A DNA stretch of 64,000 bases from Polyangiales bacterium. GTDB taxonomy: Bacteria > Myxococcota_A > Polyangia > Polyangiales > Ga0077539. Below are positions 28,500-38,061 of the stretch, piece after piece (the stretch's first letter is position 1; the number at the start of each line of letters is the position of its first letter). Both the position numbers and the translations under genes were made by a program. The notes under the pieces are model-generated. The model ran no database searches and was not told where the DNA came from. It saw only the letters and a list, made by a program, of their open reading frames with translations. The stretch spans positions 288,001 through 352,000 of the forward strand of contig JBGARZ010000003.1 of NCBI GenBank assembly GCA_044229975.1. The letters run 5' to 3'.

Positions 28500-28530
28500 G
28501 GTTTCTCTCCCGTCTTCTCTTCAGTGAATC

Positions 28531-29220
28531 CTAGTGACGAAACGGCATCCCGAGGTGTTGGAGGAGGGCGCGGCCCTCTTCATCGTTCACCGCGGTGGTG
28601 GTGATGCAGATGTTGAGTCCCTTCACCTTCTCCACCGTGTCGTAGTTGATCTCCGGGAAGATGATCTGCTCGCGCAGGCCGAGGGTGTAGTTGCCCTTCC
28701 CGTCGAACGCCTTCGGGCTGACACCCTTGAAGTCGCGGACGCGCGGCAGCGCGAAGGTGACCAGGCGATCAAGGAACTCCCACATCCGCTCGCGGCGCAG
28801 CGTCACCATGGCCCCGATGGGCACGCCGGTGCGCAGCTTGAACGTCGCGATGCTCTTGCGGGCGCGGGTCACGACCGGCTTCTGGCCCGTGATCGCGGTG
28901 ATCTGCTCGACGCCCATGTCGATGATCTTCGCGTTACCCACGGCTTCGCCGAGGCCCATGTTGATGGTGATCTTCACCAGCCGCGGCACCTGCATCGGGT
29001 TGGAGTACCCGAACTGCTTGAGCAGCGTGGGGACCACCTCGCCACGGTACTTGTCGCGCATGCGCGGGGGGATCTTCTCCTCCGGGCCGCGGGGAGCCGC
29101 GTCAGCCGCAGGGGCCGCCGGCTTCTTCTTGGTCGCCGTGCCGGCCTTGGCCTTCGCCGGGGACACCGGCTTGGCTCCGCCCTTCGCCGCTTCGGGCTTC
29201 TTCTTCTTATCGTCCGCCAT
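28531..29220 (-). CDS. rplE: 50S ribosomal protein L5 (with long N-terminal Lys/Ala/Pro extension)
   Basis: [47 protein letters not shown]. Confidence 0.98.
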   Translation of the reverse strand: MADDKKKKPEAAKGGAKPVSPAKAKAGTATKKKPAAPAADAAPRGPEEKIPPRMRDKYRGEVVPTLLKQFGYSNPMQVPRLVKITINMGLGEAVGNAKIIDMGVEQITAITGQKPVVTRARKSIATFKLRTGVPIGAMVTLRRERMWEFLDRLVTFALPRVRDFKGVSPKAFDGKGNYTLGLREQIIFPEINYDTVEKVKGLNICITTTAVNDEEGRALLQHLGMPFRH

Positions 29221-29315
29221 CGTCTCTTCCTCTTCGGCTTCGCGTTTCCGTCAGCGCTCTACTGGCGCCCTGCAACGGGTCTCGCGCCCGGTTATCTCTT
29301 CAGCGAGCCCGGTAT

Positions 29316-29648
29316 TCAGACCGTCTCGGCCTTGATTTCCTTGCCACTCTTCACACCGACGCGGGTCTTGGACCCGTCCGCCGCGACCGCCGTGCGGACG
29401 CGCGTGCCCTTGCCCGTCTCCGGGTCGACCGGCATCACCTTCGAGAGGTGGATCGGGCGCTCGGCCTCGATGATCCCACCCTCGCGGTTGCGCGGCGTCG
29501 GGCGCGTGTGGCGCTTCACCTTGTTGATCCCCTCGACCAGCACTCGCTGGTGCTCGGGGAACACGGTCAGCACCTTACCAGTGCTGCCCTTCTCATCACC
29601 GGAGATCACCACCACGGTGTCTCCCTTGCGGATTCTCGCGAGGCTCAT
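29316..29648 (-). CDS. rplX: 50S ribosomal protein L24
   Basis: [39 protein letters not shown]. Confidence 0.97.
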   Translation of the reverse strand: MSLARIRKGDTVVVISGDEKGSTGKVLTVFPEHQRVLVEGINKVKRHTRPTPRNREGGIIEAERPIHLSKVMPVDPETGKGTRVRTAVAADGSKTRVGVKSGKEIKAETV

Positions 29649-29649
29649 G

Positions 29650-30018
29650 TCAGATGACCTCCGGCGCCAGGGAAATGATCTTGCTGAACTTCTTGGCGCG
29701 CAGCTCACGGGCGACCGGTCCAAAGATGCGGGTCCCGATGGGCTCGTCTTCCTTGTCGATCAGCACCGCGCTGTTCGTGTCGAACTTCACGTAGGAGCCG
29801 TCGGGTCGCGAGTACTCGCGCACGGTGCGAACGACCACCGCGCGTGCGGTCTGGCCCTTCTTCACCTTCATGTTGGGGAGCGCTTCCTTCACGCTCACCA
29901 CGATGATGTCCCCGAGGCCCGCGTACTTGCGCCGCGAACCGCCGAGCACCTTCACACACTGGACGCGACGCGCACCGGAGTTGTCCGCGACGTCCAGGAT
30001 TGTCCGCATCTGGATCAT
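29650..30018 (-). CDS. rplN: 50S ribosomal protein L14
   Basis: [27 protein letters not shown]. Confidence 0.99.
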   Translation of the reverse strand: MIQMRTILDVADNSGARRVQCVKVLGGSRRKYAGLGDIIVVSVKEALPNMKVKKGQTARAVVVRTVREYSRPDGSYVKFDTNSAVLIDKEDEPIGTRIFGPVARELRAKKFSKIISLAPEVI

Positions 30019-30044
30019 TGGTCTCTACCGCCTCTTCCGAACGC

Positions 30045-30335
30045 TCAGGACTGTTCCGGCCGCTCGACCAGACGGATGACCGTCCAGCGCTTCTCACGGG
30101 AGATGGCCCGGTGCTCCCGGATCTCCACCACGTCGCCAGCCTTGAACTGCTGCTGCTCGTCGTGGGCCTTGTACCGCTTACGCTGGCGGATGTACTTGCC
30201 GTACGTCGCGTGACGCACCGAGCGCACCACCTCGACCACCACCGTCTTCTGCATCTTCGCGCTCGTGACCTTGCCGATCAGCGTTCGCTTGCGGCCGTGG
30301 GCCTCGGCCTCCACCGCGGTTGCTTCCGTCGTCAT
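30045..30335 (-). CDS. rpsQ: 30S ribosomal protein S17
   Basis: GKVTSAKMQKTVVV, HATYGK, YKAHDE, GDVVEIREHRAISREKRW. Confidence 0.97.
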   Translation of the reverse strand: MTTEATAVEAEAHGRKRTLIGKVTSAKMQKTVVVEVVRSVRHATYGKYIRQRKRYKAHDEQQQFKAGDVVEIREHRAISREKRWTVIRLVERPEQS

Positions 30336-30339
30336 CGAA

Positions 30340-30549
30340 TCACCCCTTCGCCTTCGCGCGGCCCGAGCGCACCGTCAGGGCGCGGGCGAGGTCGTGCCGG
30401 AGCTTGCTGATCCGGCTCGTGTCATCCAACAGGTTCGCGTGGTTGCGAAACCGGGTATCCAGGAGGCCCTTGGTCGTCTCGTCGATGTAGGCGTTGAGCT
30501 CCACATCGGACTTCGCGACCAGGTCTTTTGCAGTCGTTCCCTTGGCCAT
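30340..30549 (-). CDS. rpmC: 50S ribosomal protein L29
   Basis: Position between rplP and rpsQ; ..RFR...LLDDTSRISKLRHDLARALT. Confidence 0.9.
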   Translation of the reverse strand: MAKGTTAKDLVAKSDVELNAYIDETTKGLLDTRFRNHANLLDDTSRISKLRHDLARALTVRSGRAKAKG

Positions 30550-30560
30550 CGTCGTCTCCC

Positions 30561-30974
30561 TCAGCCGATCGCGCGGGTGATGACCCGAGCCTCGAGCGGC
30601 AGCTTGTGCGCGGCGAGACGGAAGGCCTCGCGGGCCACGTCCTCCGGGATGCCGCCGAGCTCGTAGATCACGCGCCCGCGCAGCACCACCGCAACCCAGC
30701 CCTCAACAGCGCCCTTGCCGTGACCCATGCGGGTCTCCAGGGGCTTCTTCGTGATCGGCTTGTCCGGGAACACCCGGATCCACAGCTTGCCCGCGCGCTT
30801 CACGTGGCGGGTGATTGCCATACGGGCGGCTTCGATCTGGCGGGCGCTGATGTGCCCGGACTCCACGATCTGCATCCCGAAGTCACCGAAGGACACGTCG
30901 GACCCGCTCTGCGCGGTGCCCTTCAGGTTGCCCTTCATCTGCTTGCGGTGCTTGACCTTCTTCGGCGAAAGCAT
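30561..30974 (-). CDS. rplP: 50S ribosomal protein L16
   Basis: [40 protein letters not shown]. Confidence 0.99.
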   Translation of the reverse strand: MLSPKKVKHRKQMKGNLKGTAQSGSDVSFGDFGMQIVESGHISARQIEAARMAITRHVKRAGKLWIRVFPDKPITKKPLETRMGHGKGAVEGWVAVVLRGRVIYELGGIPEDVAREAFRLAAHKLPLEARVITRAIG

Positions 30975-30995
30975 TGCTTCTTCTCCGGCGCTCGC

Positions 30996-31697
30996 TCAGC
31001 GGGTTCCCGGGCGGCGCTTCTTCTGCGGAAGCACCTCACCCTTGAACAACCAGACCTTGACCCCGATGGAGCCGTACGTGGTGTGCGCCTCCGCGGTGCC
31101 GAACTCGATGTCCGCGCGGAGCGTGTGCAGCGGCACCCGGCCCTCGCGGTAGCTCTCCACGCGCGCCATCTCCGAGCCGCCGAGGCGACCCGCGCAGCGG
31201 ATGCGGATACCGCGAGCGCCCAGCTTCATGGCGGCGCCGACGGCCTTCTTCATCGCACGGCGGAAGGACACGCGGCGCTCGAGCTGCGTCGCGACGGTCT
31301 CCGACACGAGCTGCGCGTTGGTGTCCGCCTTGCGGATCTCCTGCACGTCGATGACGACGTCGTCGGCGTTGGCATTGGTGTAGTGGAGGAGACCGGGGAA
31401 CGGCGCCGCGCCCTTGCGCTCGGCCGGCTTGCCCTTCTTCAACTCCTCAACGCCCTTGCCGCCCTTGCCGATCACGATGCCGGGGCGCGCGGTGTAGATG
31501 ATGACCTTCACCTTGGCGGCCGCACGCTCGATCTCGACCGCGGAGATACCCGCGTTGAGGAGCTGCTCCTTCACAACACGCTTCAGCGTGATGTCTTCAT
31601 GGAGCCAGGCAGCGTAGTTGCGCTGCTCGAACCACTTCGAGTTCCAGGTCTTGATGACCCCGAGGCGGAACCCATACGGATGAACCTTCTGTCCCAT
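30996..31697 (-). CDS. rpsC: 30S ribosomal protein S3
   Basis: [49 protein letters not shown]. Confidence 0.99.
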   Translation of the reverse strand: MGQKVHPYGFRLGVIKTWNSKWFEQRNYAAWLHEDITLKRVVKEQLLNAGISAVEIERAAAKVKVIIYTARPGIVIGKGGKGVEELKKGKPAERKGAAPFPGLLHYTNANADDVVIDVQEIRKADTNAQLVSETVATQLERRVSFRRAMKKAVGAAMKLGARGIRIRCAGRLGGSEMARVESYREGRVPLHTLRADIEFGTAEAHTTYGSIGVKVWLFKGEVLPQKKRRPGTR

Positions 31698-31704
31698 TGG
31701 TCGC

Positions 31705-32127
31705 CTATCCCTGCGTCGCGGTCTCGGTGGTGGCCTCGGCCTGCTCGCCGGACCGGATCTTCTTGGTCGCCTTCTTCGGGGGCGGCGGCCGGTCGGTCAG
31801 CGTGATCGCGATGTGGCTGACGCCCTTCGTGATCTGCGTCGCGCGACCCATCGCCCGCGGCCGCCAGCGGCGGAGGTGCGAGTTGGGGCCCTTGTCGACC
31901 GAGCCGATGGACACGTACAGCCCGTCGACGTCGACCGAGGGGTTGAGCACGCGCGCATTGGCCAGCGCGGACTCGATCACCTTGCGGACGACCGGTGCCG
32001 CAGCCTTGCGGGTGTACAGCAACATGTTGATCGCCTCGGCCACCTTCTGGCCGCGGACCAGGTTCACGACAGTCCGCGCCTTCCGGGGCGCGACACGCGC
32101 GAACCGCGCAATCGCCTTGCTCTCCAT
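31705..32127 (-). CDS. rplV: 50S ribosomal protein L22
   Basis: [34 protein letters not shown]. Confidence 0.98.
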   Translation of the reverse strand: MESKAIARFARVAPRKARTVVNLVRGQKVAEAINMLLYTRKAAAPVVRKVIESALANARVLNPSVDVDGLYVSIGSVDKGPNSHLRRWRPRAMGRATQITKGVSHIAITLTDRPPPPKKATKKIRSGEQAEATTETATQG

Positions 32128-32281
32128 CGTCGTTGCTTCCGTTTCACCAGCGCGGTGGCTCTCGCCGGACCTGCTGGGCTCCCATCGACGCGTCCACCCG
32201 GGAATTGGGTGCAGCCGCCGACATAGAAGGTTTCGCCCCTTGGAGCAGCCCGTTGAGGCCGTTCTGTCAGGGAGGGCGCGG

Positions 32282-32311
32282 CATGTACCACCCGCTTTGA
32301 AACGCCGTCAA
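32282..32311 (-). promoter_or_regulatory. Candidate sigma70-type promoter of the rplV-led operon (TTGACG-N18-TACATG, with TG extension)
   Basis: Minus strand reads TTGACGgcgtttcaaagcgggTGgTACATG, ~150 nt upstream of rplV. Confidence 0.55.
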
Positions 32312-32366
32312 GGGGCGTTTGCAAACTCTCTCGCCCCCCGTCAGAGCTCCCCTTGAAACAAGGCAC

Positions 32367-32396
32367 TTGAGAGATTCACGGGGGCGATGTTACACC
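32367..32396 (+). promoter_or_regulatory. Candidate promoter of tRNA-Leu (TTGAGA-N18-TACACC, with TG extension)
   Basis: Same arrangement as the divergent rplV promoter; ends 14 nt before the tRNA. Confidence 0.45.
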
Positions 32397-32410
32397 GCGG
32401 TCGTTCCACT

Positions 32411-32494
32411 GCCGGAGTGGCGGAATGGCAGACGCAGCGGATTCAAAATCCGCCGAGGTATCCCCTCGTACCGGTTCAAGCCCGGTCTCCGGTA
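32411..32494 (+). tRNA. tRNA-Leu (anticodon CAA), 3' CCA not encoded
   Basis: Acceptor GCCGGAG/CTCCGGT, D-arm TGGCGGAATGGCAGACGC, anticodon stem GCGGA-TTCAAAA-TCCGC, long variable arm CGAGG..CCTCG, T-loop GGTTCAAG. Confidence 0.96.
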
Positions 32495-32572
32495 CCCATC
32501 GCGCGGGAAGCTCGTCGACGACCTCGTCCGACCCACGCCGCTCCCGTCGCGTCCGCGTAGGATTCGCGCCCC

Positions 32573-34831
32573 ATGACGCGCGCCCCCCGATGGCTCCCGC
32601 TGTTGCTGTCCGCGGTGCTCGGCTGCGCGCACTCCCCGGCGTCTACGACGCCTCGACGACGGAGCCCGATGCGACATCACCAAGACCGAGTGAGCCCGCC
32701 GACCGCCCACGCCGAGCCGCTGCTCGAGCAGTACGCCCAGACCTGGCGCTTTCGCCTCGGCGCGCCGGAGTCCGTCCGCGTCACCCCCGACGGGCGCGAG
32801 GTGCTCTTCCTCCGATCGGGCGCGAGAGACTTCGTACGCGACCTCTTCGCGTTCGACGTGGCGACCGGGGTCGAGCGTCGGCTCCTCACGGCGTCGGAGC
32901 TGCTCGGCGGCGCCGAAGAGTCGCTGACCACGGAGGAGCGCGCGCGTCGTCAACGACAACGCGTCGCCGCGCGCGGCATCGCAGCGTTTCAGCTCTCGTC
33001 CGACGGTAGCCGCATCCTCTTCCCGCTCTCAGGGAAGCTCTACGTCTACGACCGATCGTCGCGACGCGTGCGCGTGATCGCCGAGCAGGGCGGCGCACCG
33101 GTCGACCCGCGCTGGTCACCCGATGGGCGCATGGTGTCGTGCGTTCGCGACGGCGAGCTCCACGTCATCGACGCCGAGAGCGGCGTGCAGCGGGCGCTCA
33201 CGTCGGGGGCGACGGCGGGCATCACGCACGGGACCGCCGAGTTCGTCGCGCAGGAGGAGATGGACCGCATGGCGGGCTACTGGTGGTCGCCGGACTCCGC
33301 GACGCTCGCCTACCAGGAGACCGACGAGCGCGAGGTGGAGCGCTTCCAGATCGCCGACCCGATGCACCCCGAGCGGGCGCCCGACGCGTTCGCCTATCCG
33401 CGCGCGGGCCGACGCAACGCCGTGGTGCGCCTCGGGCTTGTCTCCGTCCACGGCGGCGCGACGACCTGGGTGCAGTGGGATCGCGACGCGTTCCCTTACC
33501 TCGCGAGCGTGAACTGGGAGGCGGGCGCGCCGCTCACGATCCTCGTGCAGAACCGGGCGCAGACGGAAGAGCGACTGCTCGCCGTCGCACCCGATGGGAG
33601 CACGCGAGAGCTGCTGCGCGAGACGGACGCCGCCTGGGTGAACATCGACTCCTCAGCGCCGCGGTGGCTCCCGAACGGAGAGGGTTTCCTCTGGTCGACC
33701 GAACGCGGCGGCCGATGGCAGCTCGAGCTGCGTCGGACCGATGGCTCACTCGACCGGGTGATCGTCGCGCCAGAGGTCGGCTACCGGAAGCTCATCCACG
33801 TCGACAGCGTGCGTCGGGTAGTGCGCGTGCTCGCGAGCGATGAGCCAACAGAGCAGCACGTCGTTCGCGTCTCGCTGGACGCTCCGTCGACCGCGGTGCG
33901 AGAGACGACCCAGCCGGGCGAGCACGATGCGCTCATCGGCAGCGGCGGCGTTCGGGTGGTGCATCGCAACGCCCTCATCGGGGCCTCCTCGTGGATGGTG
34001 CTGCGCGATGACGCCGTGGTCGGCACGCTCGCGTCCAACATCGAAGAGCCTGTGGTCCCGCCGCGGGTCGAGCTGGTGCAGGTCGGCGACGACCATCTGC
34101 GCGCGGCCATCGTGCGACCGTCCGACTTCCGTGACGGTGGGCGCTACCCGGTGCTGCTGATGGTCTACGGCGGGCCGCATGCGCAGATGGTCGGCAGCGC
34201 TCGCGGACGCTTCGTGCTCGCGCAGTTCTTCGCCGAGCAGGGCTTCGTCGTCGTGTCCCTCGACGGACGCGGAACACCCCATCGCGGACGCGACTGGGAA
34301 CGCGCCATCCATCAGGCCTTTGGGGATGTTCCGCTCGATGATCAGGTGCGCGGGCTCCACGCCCTTGGCGCGCGCTACCCCGAGCTCGACCTCGGGCGCG
34401 TCGGCGTCTACGGGTGGTCCTTCGGCGGCTATCTCGCGGCGCTCGCCATGCTGCGGCGCTCGGACGTCTTTCGCGCCGGCATCGCGGGCGCACCGGTCGC
34501 CGACTGGCGCGACTACGACACCCACTACACCGAGCGGTACCTGGGCGTTCCGACCGGCGATGACGACGAGACGTACCGACGCAGTTCGCTGCTCACCTGG
34601 GCCGACGGGCTGCGCCATCCGCTGCTCGTGCTGCACGGAACGGCCGACGACAACGTGTACTTCCTCCACGGCGTTCGGCTCTCGGACGCGCTCTTCCGGG
34701 CGGGCCGCACGCATGAGTTCATCCCGCTCGCGGGCTCGACGCACAGCGTGGCCGACCCGGTGGTGGCGACGGCCCTCTACCGCCACATGGCAGCGTTTCT
34801 ACGCCGCAACGTCAGCGAGGCCGCTCGATGA
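32573..34831 (+). CDS. S9 family dipeptidyl peptidase IV-like lipoprotein
   Basis: Lipobox VLGC; AEFVAQEEM, YWWSPD, YGGPH, GWSFGG nucleophile, YDTHYTERY, HGTADDNV. Confidence 0.95.
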   Translation: MTRAPRWLPLLLSAVLGCAHSPASTTPRRRSPMRHHQDRVSPPTAHAEPLLEQYAQTWRFRLGAPESVRVTPDGREVLFLRSGARDFVRDLFAFDVATGVERRLLTASELLGGAEESLTTEERARRQRQRVAARGIAAFQLSSDGSRILFPLSGKLYVYDRSSRRVRVIAEQGGAPVDPRWSPDGRMVSCVRDGELHVIDAESGVQRALTSGATAGITHGTAEFVAQEEMDRMAGYWWSPDSATLAYQETDEREVERFQIADPMHPERAPDAFAYPRAGRRNAVVRLGLVSVHGGATTWVQWDRDAFPYLASVNWEAGAPLTILVQNRAQTEERLLAVAPDGSTRELLRETDAAWVNIDSSAPRWLPNGEGFLWSTERGGRWQLELRRTDGSLDRVIVAPEVGYRKLIHVDSVRRVVRVLASDEPTEQHVVRVSLDAPSTAVRETTQPGEHDALIGSGGVRVVHRNALIGASSWMVLRDDAVVGTLASNIEEPVVPPRVELVQVGDDHLRAAIVRPSDFRDGGRYPVLLMVYGGPHAQMVGSARGRFVLAQFFAEQGFVVVSLDGRGTPHRGRDWERAIHQAFGDVPLDDQVRGLHALGARYPELDLGRVGVYGWSFGGYLAALAMLRRSDVFRAGIAGAPVADWRDYDTHYTERYLGVPTGDDDETYRRSSLLTWADGLRHPLLVLHGTADDNVYFLHGVRLSDALFRAGRTHEFIPLAGSTHSVADPVVATALYRHMAAFLRRNVSEAAR

Positions 34832-36215
34832 TCGCGACGTCGTAGAGCGCCGGGGTCACGTAGCGCTCGCGGACGAAGCGCGCGCGCACCCTCCCCGTGG
34901 CCCCGTACGCCCCCCTCACCTCGCTGGTCACGAGCACCGTGTCCGTCGTCGCGTGACGGATGCGATCGACGTCGGATCCATCGAGCACGTCCACGATGTG
35001 ATGGCGCGGAGCGAGAGGGCGGAGCCACGGACCGAGCTGCGCGGTCGCGATGACAATGTGGTCCGGATCGGCGTGCGCGATGAGCCACTGCGCGACGGCG
35101 ACGGTGGGCGGGGCTTGATCGTGTTGCAAGCCGGAGAGGCGCAGGGACTCGACGGTCAGGGAAGCCAGGGCGAGCGCCAGCGTGAGGGGGACCGCACGGG
35201 GCCAGCGACTCGACAGGACGGATGCGCCGTGCGCGCAGGCGAAGGCCATCAGCGGCACCAGTGGGAGGAGGTGGCGCGGTGACCAGAGGATGTTCTGACC
35301 GAGGAAGACCCAGGCGAGGTAGAGACCAGTGCTGGCTGCGACGACGCGGGCGCCCAGTGACAGCGGATGACTCGCGACGACTCCCGCAACGCTGGCAAAG
35401 AAGACGACCGCGCCGCTGACGAAGAGGTGCGTGGGGCGGTCGCTCCAGCCACCACCGAGGACATGCGTCCAGAGGGTCCAGAGCAGGGCTCGGACGCGCG
35501 CGACGAGGTCGGGTTGAGTCACGACGCTGCCGCCGAAGCGCTCGAAGTGACCGGTCGCGTGATTGGTGAGGAGCGCGACGAAACGCGCGGGCCCGGTCGA
35601 AGCGACCACGGGCGCGTAGCCGACCGCGACGAGGGCGGCGAAGAGCGCGACTGCGGCGGGTGCGCGGCGACGGTCACGCACGAGCACGAACGCGAACGCA
35701 GGGAGGCACAGCGCGACCGTCGAGAGGCGCACGAGGGCGACGAGCGCGCAGAGCGCGGCGACGCGACGCGCATCGGGTCGCGGGCGGGTGGCGGCGTAGA
35801 GGGCGCACCACGCGAGCGCGGCGCCGAGCATGTCGGAGAGCGGGCGCGCCGAGAGCATCGTGGTGAGCGGGACGACGCAGAGCAACACGGTGGCGAGGAC
35901 GGTCGGGAGTGTGCCCACCCGCGGTGTGCTCCAGCGGGCGAAGACCGCGACGAGCGCACCGAGCGAGAGCGCGGAGACCAGCGAGAGGGCAAGCGCGGGT
36001 GGCGCGCCGAGGTGATGCAGGAGGGCTCCGAGCGCCATGAAGAGGGGATAGCCGGGCGGATGCGGATGACCCTGGGCGAGGTCGAAGCGGAGCAGTCCGC
36101 GGGCGAAGCGGGAGCCGTCGGGATCCTGCGCGATGGTCGCGCAGTACGGGACACGGGACGCGACCGCGAGCGCCGCGAGGAGCCACGGGAGGTGTGCGCG
36201 GAGACGCCGGATCAG
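34812..36215 (-). CDS. GT-C-like polytopic membrane protein; start codon non-canonical or uncertain
   Basis: DPDGSRFARGLLRFDLAQGHPHPPGYPLF loop, LSDML, PRHLLPL, ~10 TM; CTG at 36215 overlaps upstream TGA. Confidence 0.72.
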   Translation of the reverse strand: MIRRLRAHLPWLLAALAVASRVPYCATIAQDPDGSRFARGLLRFDLAQGHPHPPGYPLFMALGALLHHLGAPPALALSLVSALSLGALVAVFARWSTPRVGTLPTVLATVLLCVVPLTTMLSARPLSDMLGAALAWCALYAATRPRPDARRVAALCALVALVRLSTVALCLPAFAFVLVRDRRRAPAAVALFAALVAVGYAPVVASTGPARFVALLTNHATGHFERFGGSVVTQPDLVARVRALLWTLWTHVLGGGWSDRPTHLFVSGAVVFFASVAGVVASHPLSLGARVVAASTGLYLAWVFLGQNILWSPRHLLPLVPLMAFACAHGASVLSSRWPRAVPLTLALALASLTVESLRLSGLQHDQAPPTVAVAQWLIAHADPDHIVIATAQLGPWLRPLAPRHHIVDVLDGSDVDRIRHATTDTVLVTSEVRGAYGATGRVRARFVRERYVTPALYDVAIIERPR

Positions 36216-36517
36216 CGGGCGCCCGCGTCGGCGGTGTTGCCGGTGCCGGTTCCGCTCATGTACGGGGTCGACAGTGGTGAGCCGAGGTTGGGCAGCAGGC
36301 CCGGCGTGCAGCGGCAGACACCGTAGTCCGCAGCGCCCGAAGCCTCCGCGCAGGTGCGGTAGCCGTAGAGAGCGCCACCGTCGGTGCCGCCGGTGTCGGA
36401 GCAGCGACACTGGACCTGATCGCCAGCGAGGCACTTCGGCGCCACGTTGTTGCCGCAGCCCGCGAGGGCCGTGAACGCGACGAAGAAGAAGCCGACGACG
36501 AGGCGGGGAGCAGGCAC
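36212..36517 (-). CDS. Small Cys-rich lipoprotein (101 aa)
   Basis: C-terminal part of track ORF 36212..38125: GTG start, signal LVVGFFFVAFTALAGC, C.AGDQVQCRC...RTC...YGVCRC. Confidence 0.75.
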   Translation of the reverse strand: MPAPRLVVGFFFVAFTALAGCGNNVAPKCLAGDQVQCRCSDTGGTDGGALYGYRTCAEASGAADYGVCRCTPGLLPNLGSPLSTPYMSGTGTGNTADAGAR

Positions 36518-36524
36518 GGCGGCG

Positions 36525-36552
36525 ACCGTAGTCGGGTGAGATCGGGAGTCAA
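36525..36552 (-). promoter_or_regulatory. Candidate promoter TTGACT-N16-TACGGT, 7 nt before the lipoprotein GTG
   Basis: Near-consensus -35/-10 on the minus strand. Confidence 0.55.
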
Positions 36553-36595
36553 GATTGACTTGCCGGGGTTTGGGCAGCGGGGGTAAGCGCCACGG

Positions 36596-37996
<1,401 letters not shown>

Positions 37997-38061
37997 ATCG
38001 GTGATTGCGGCCCGGTCGCGCAAACCCCTACGCTCGCGGCGGATCCCATCGGAGGTGCGCG

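Noticed and set aside
32411..32600. tRNA-Leu as a genomic-island integration site
   Set aside because: No integrase, no duplicated tRNA 3' end noticed in the window, and no obvious compositional shift downstream.
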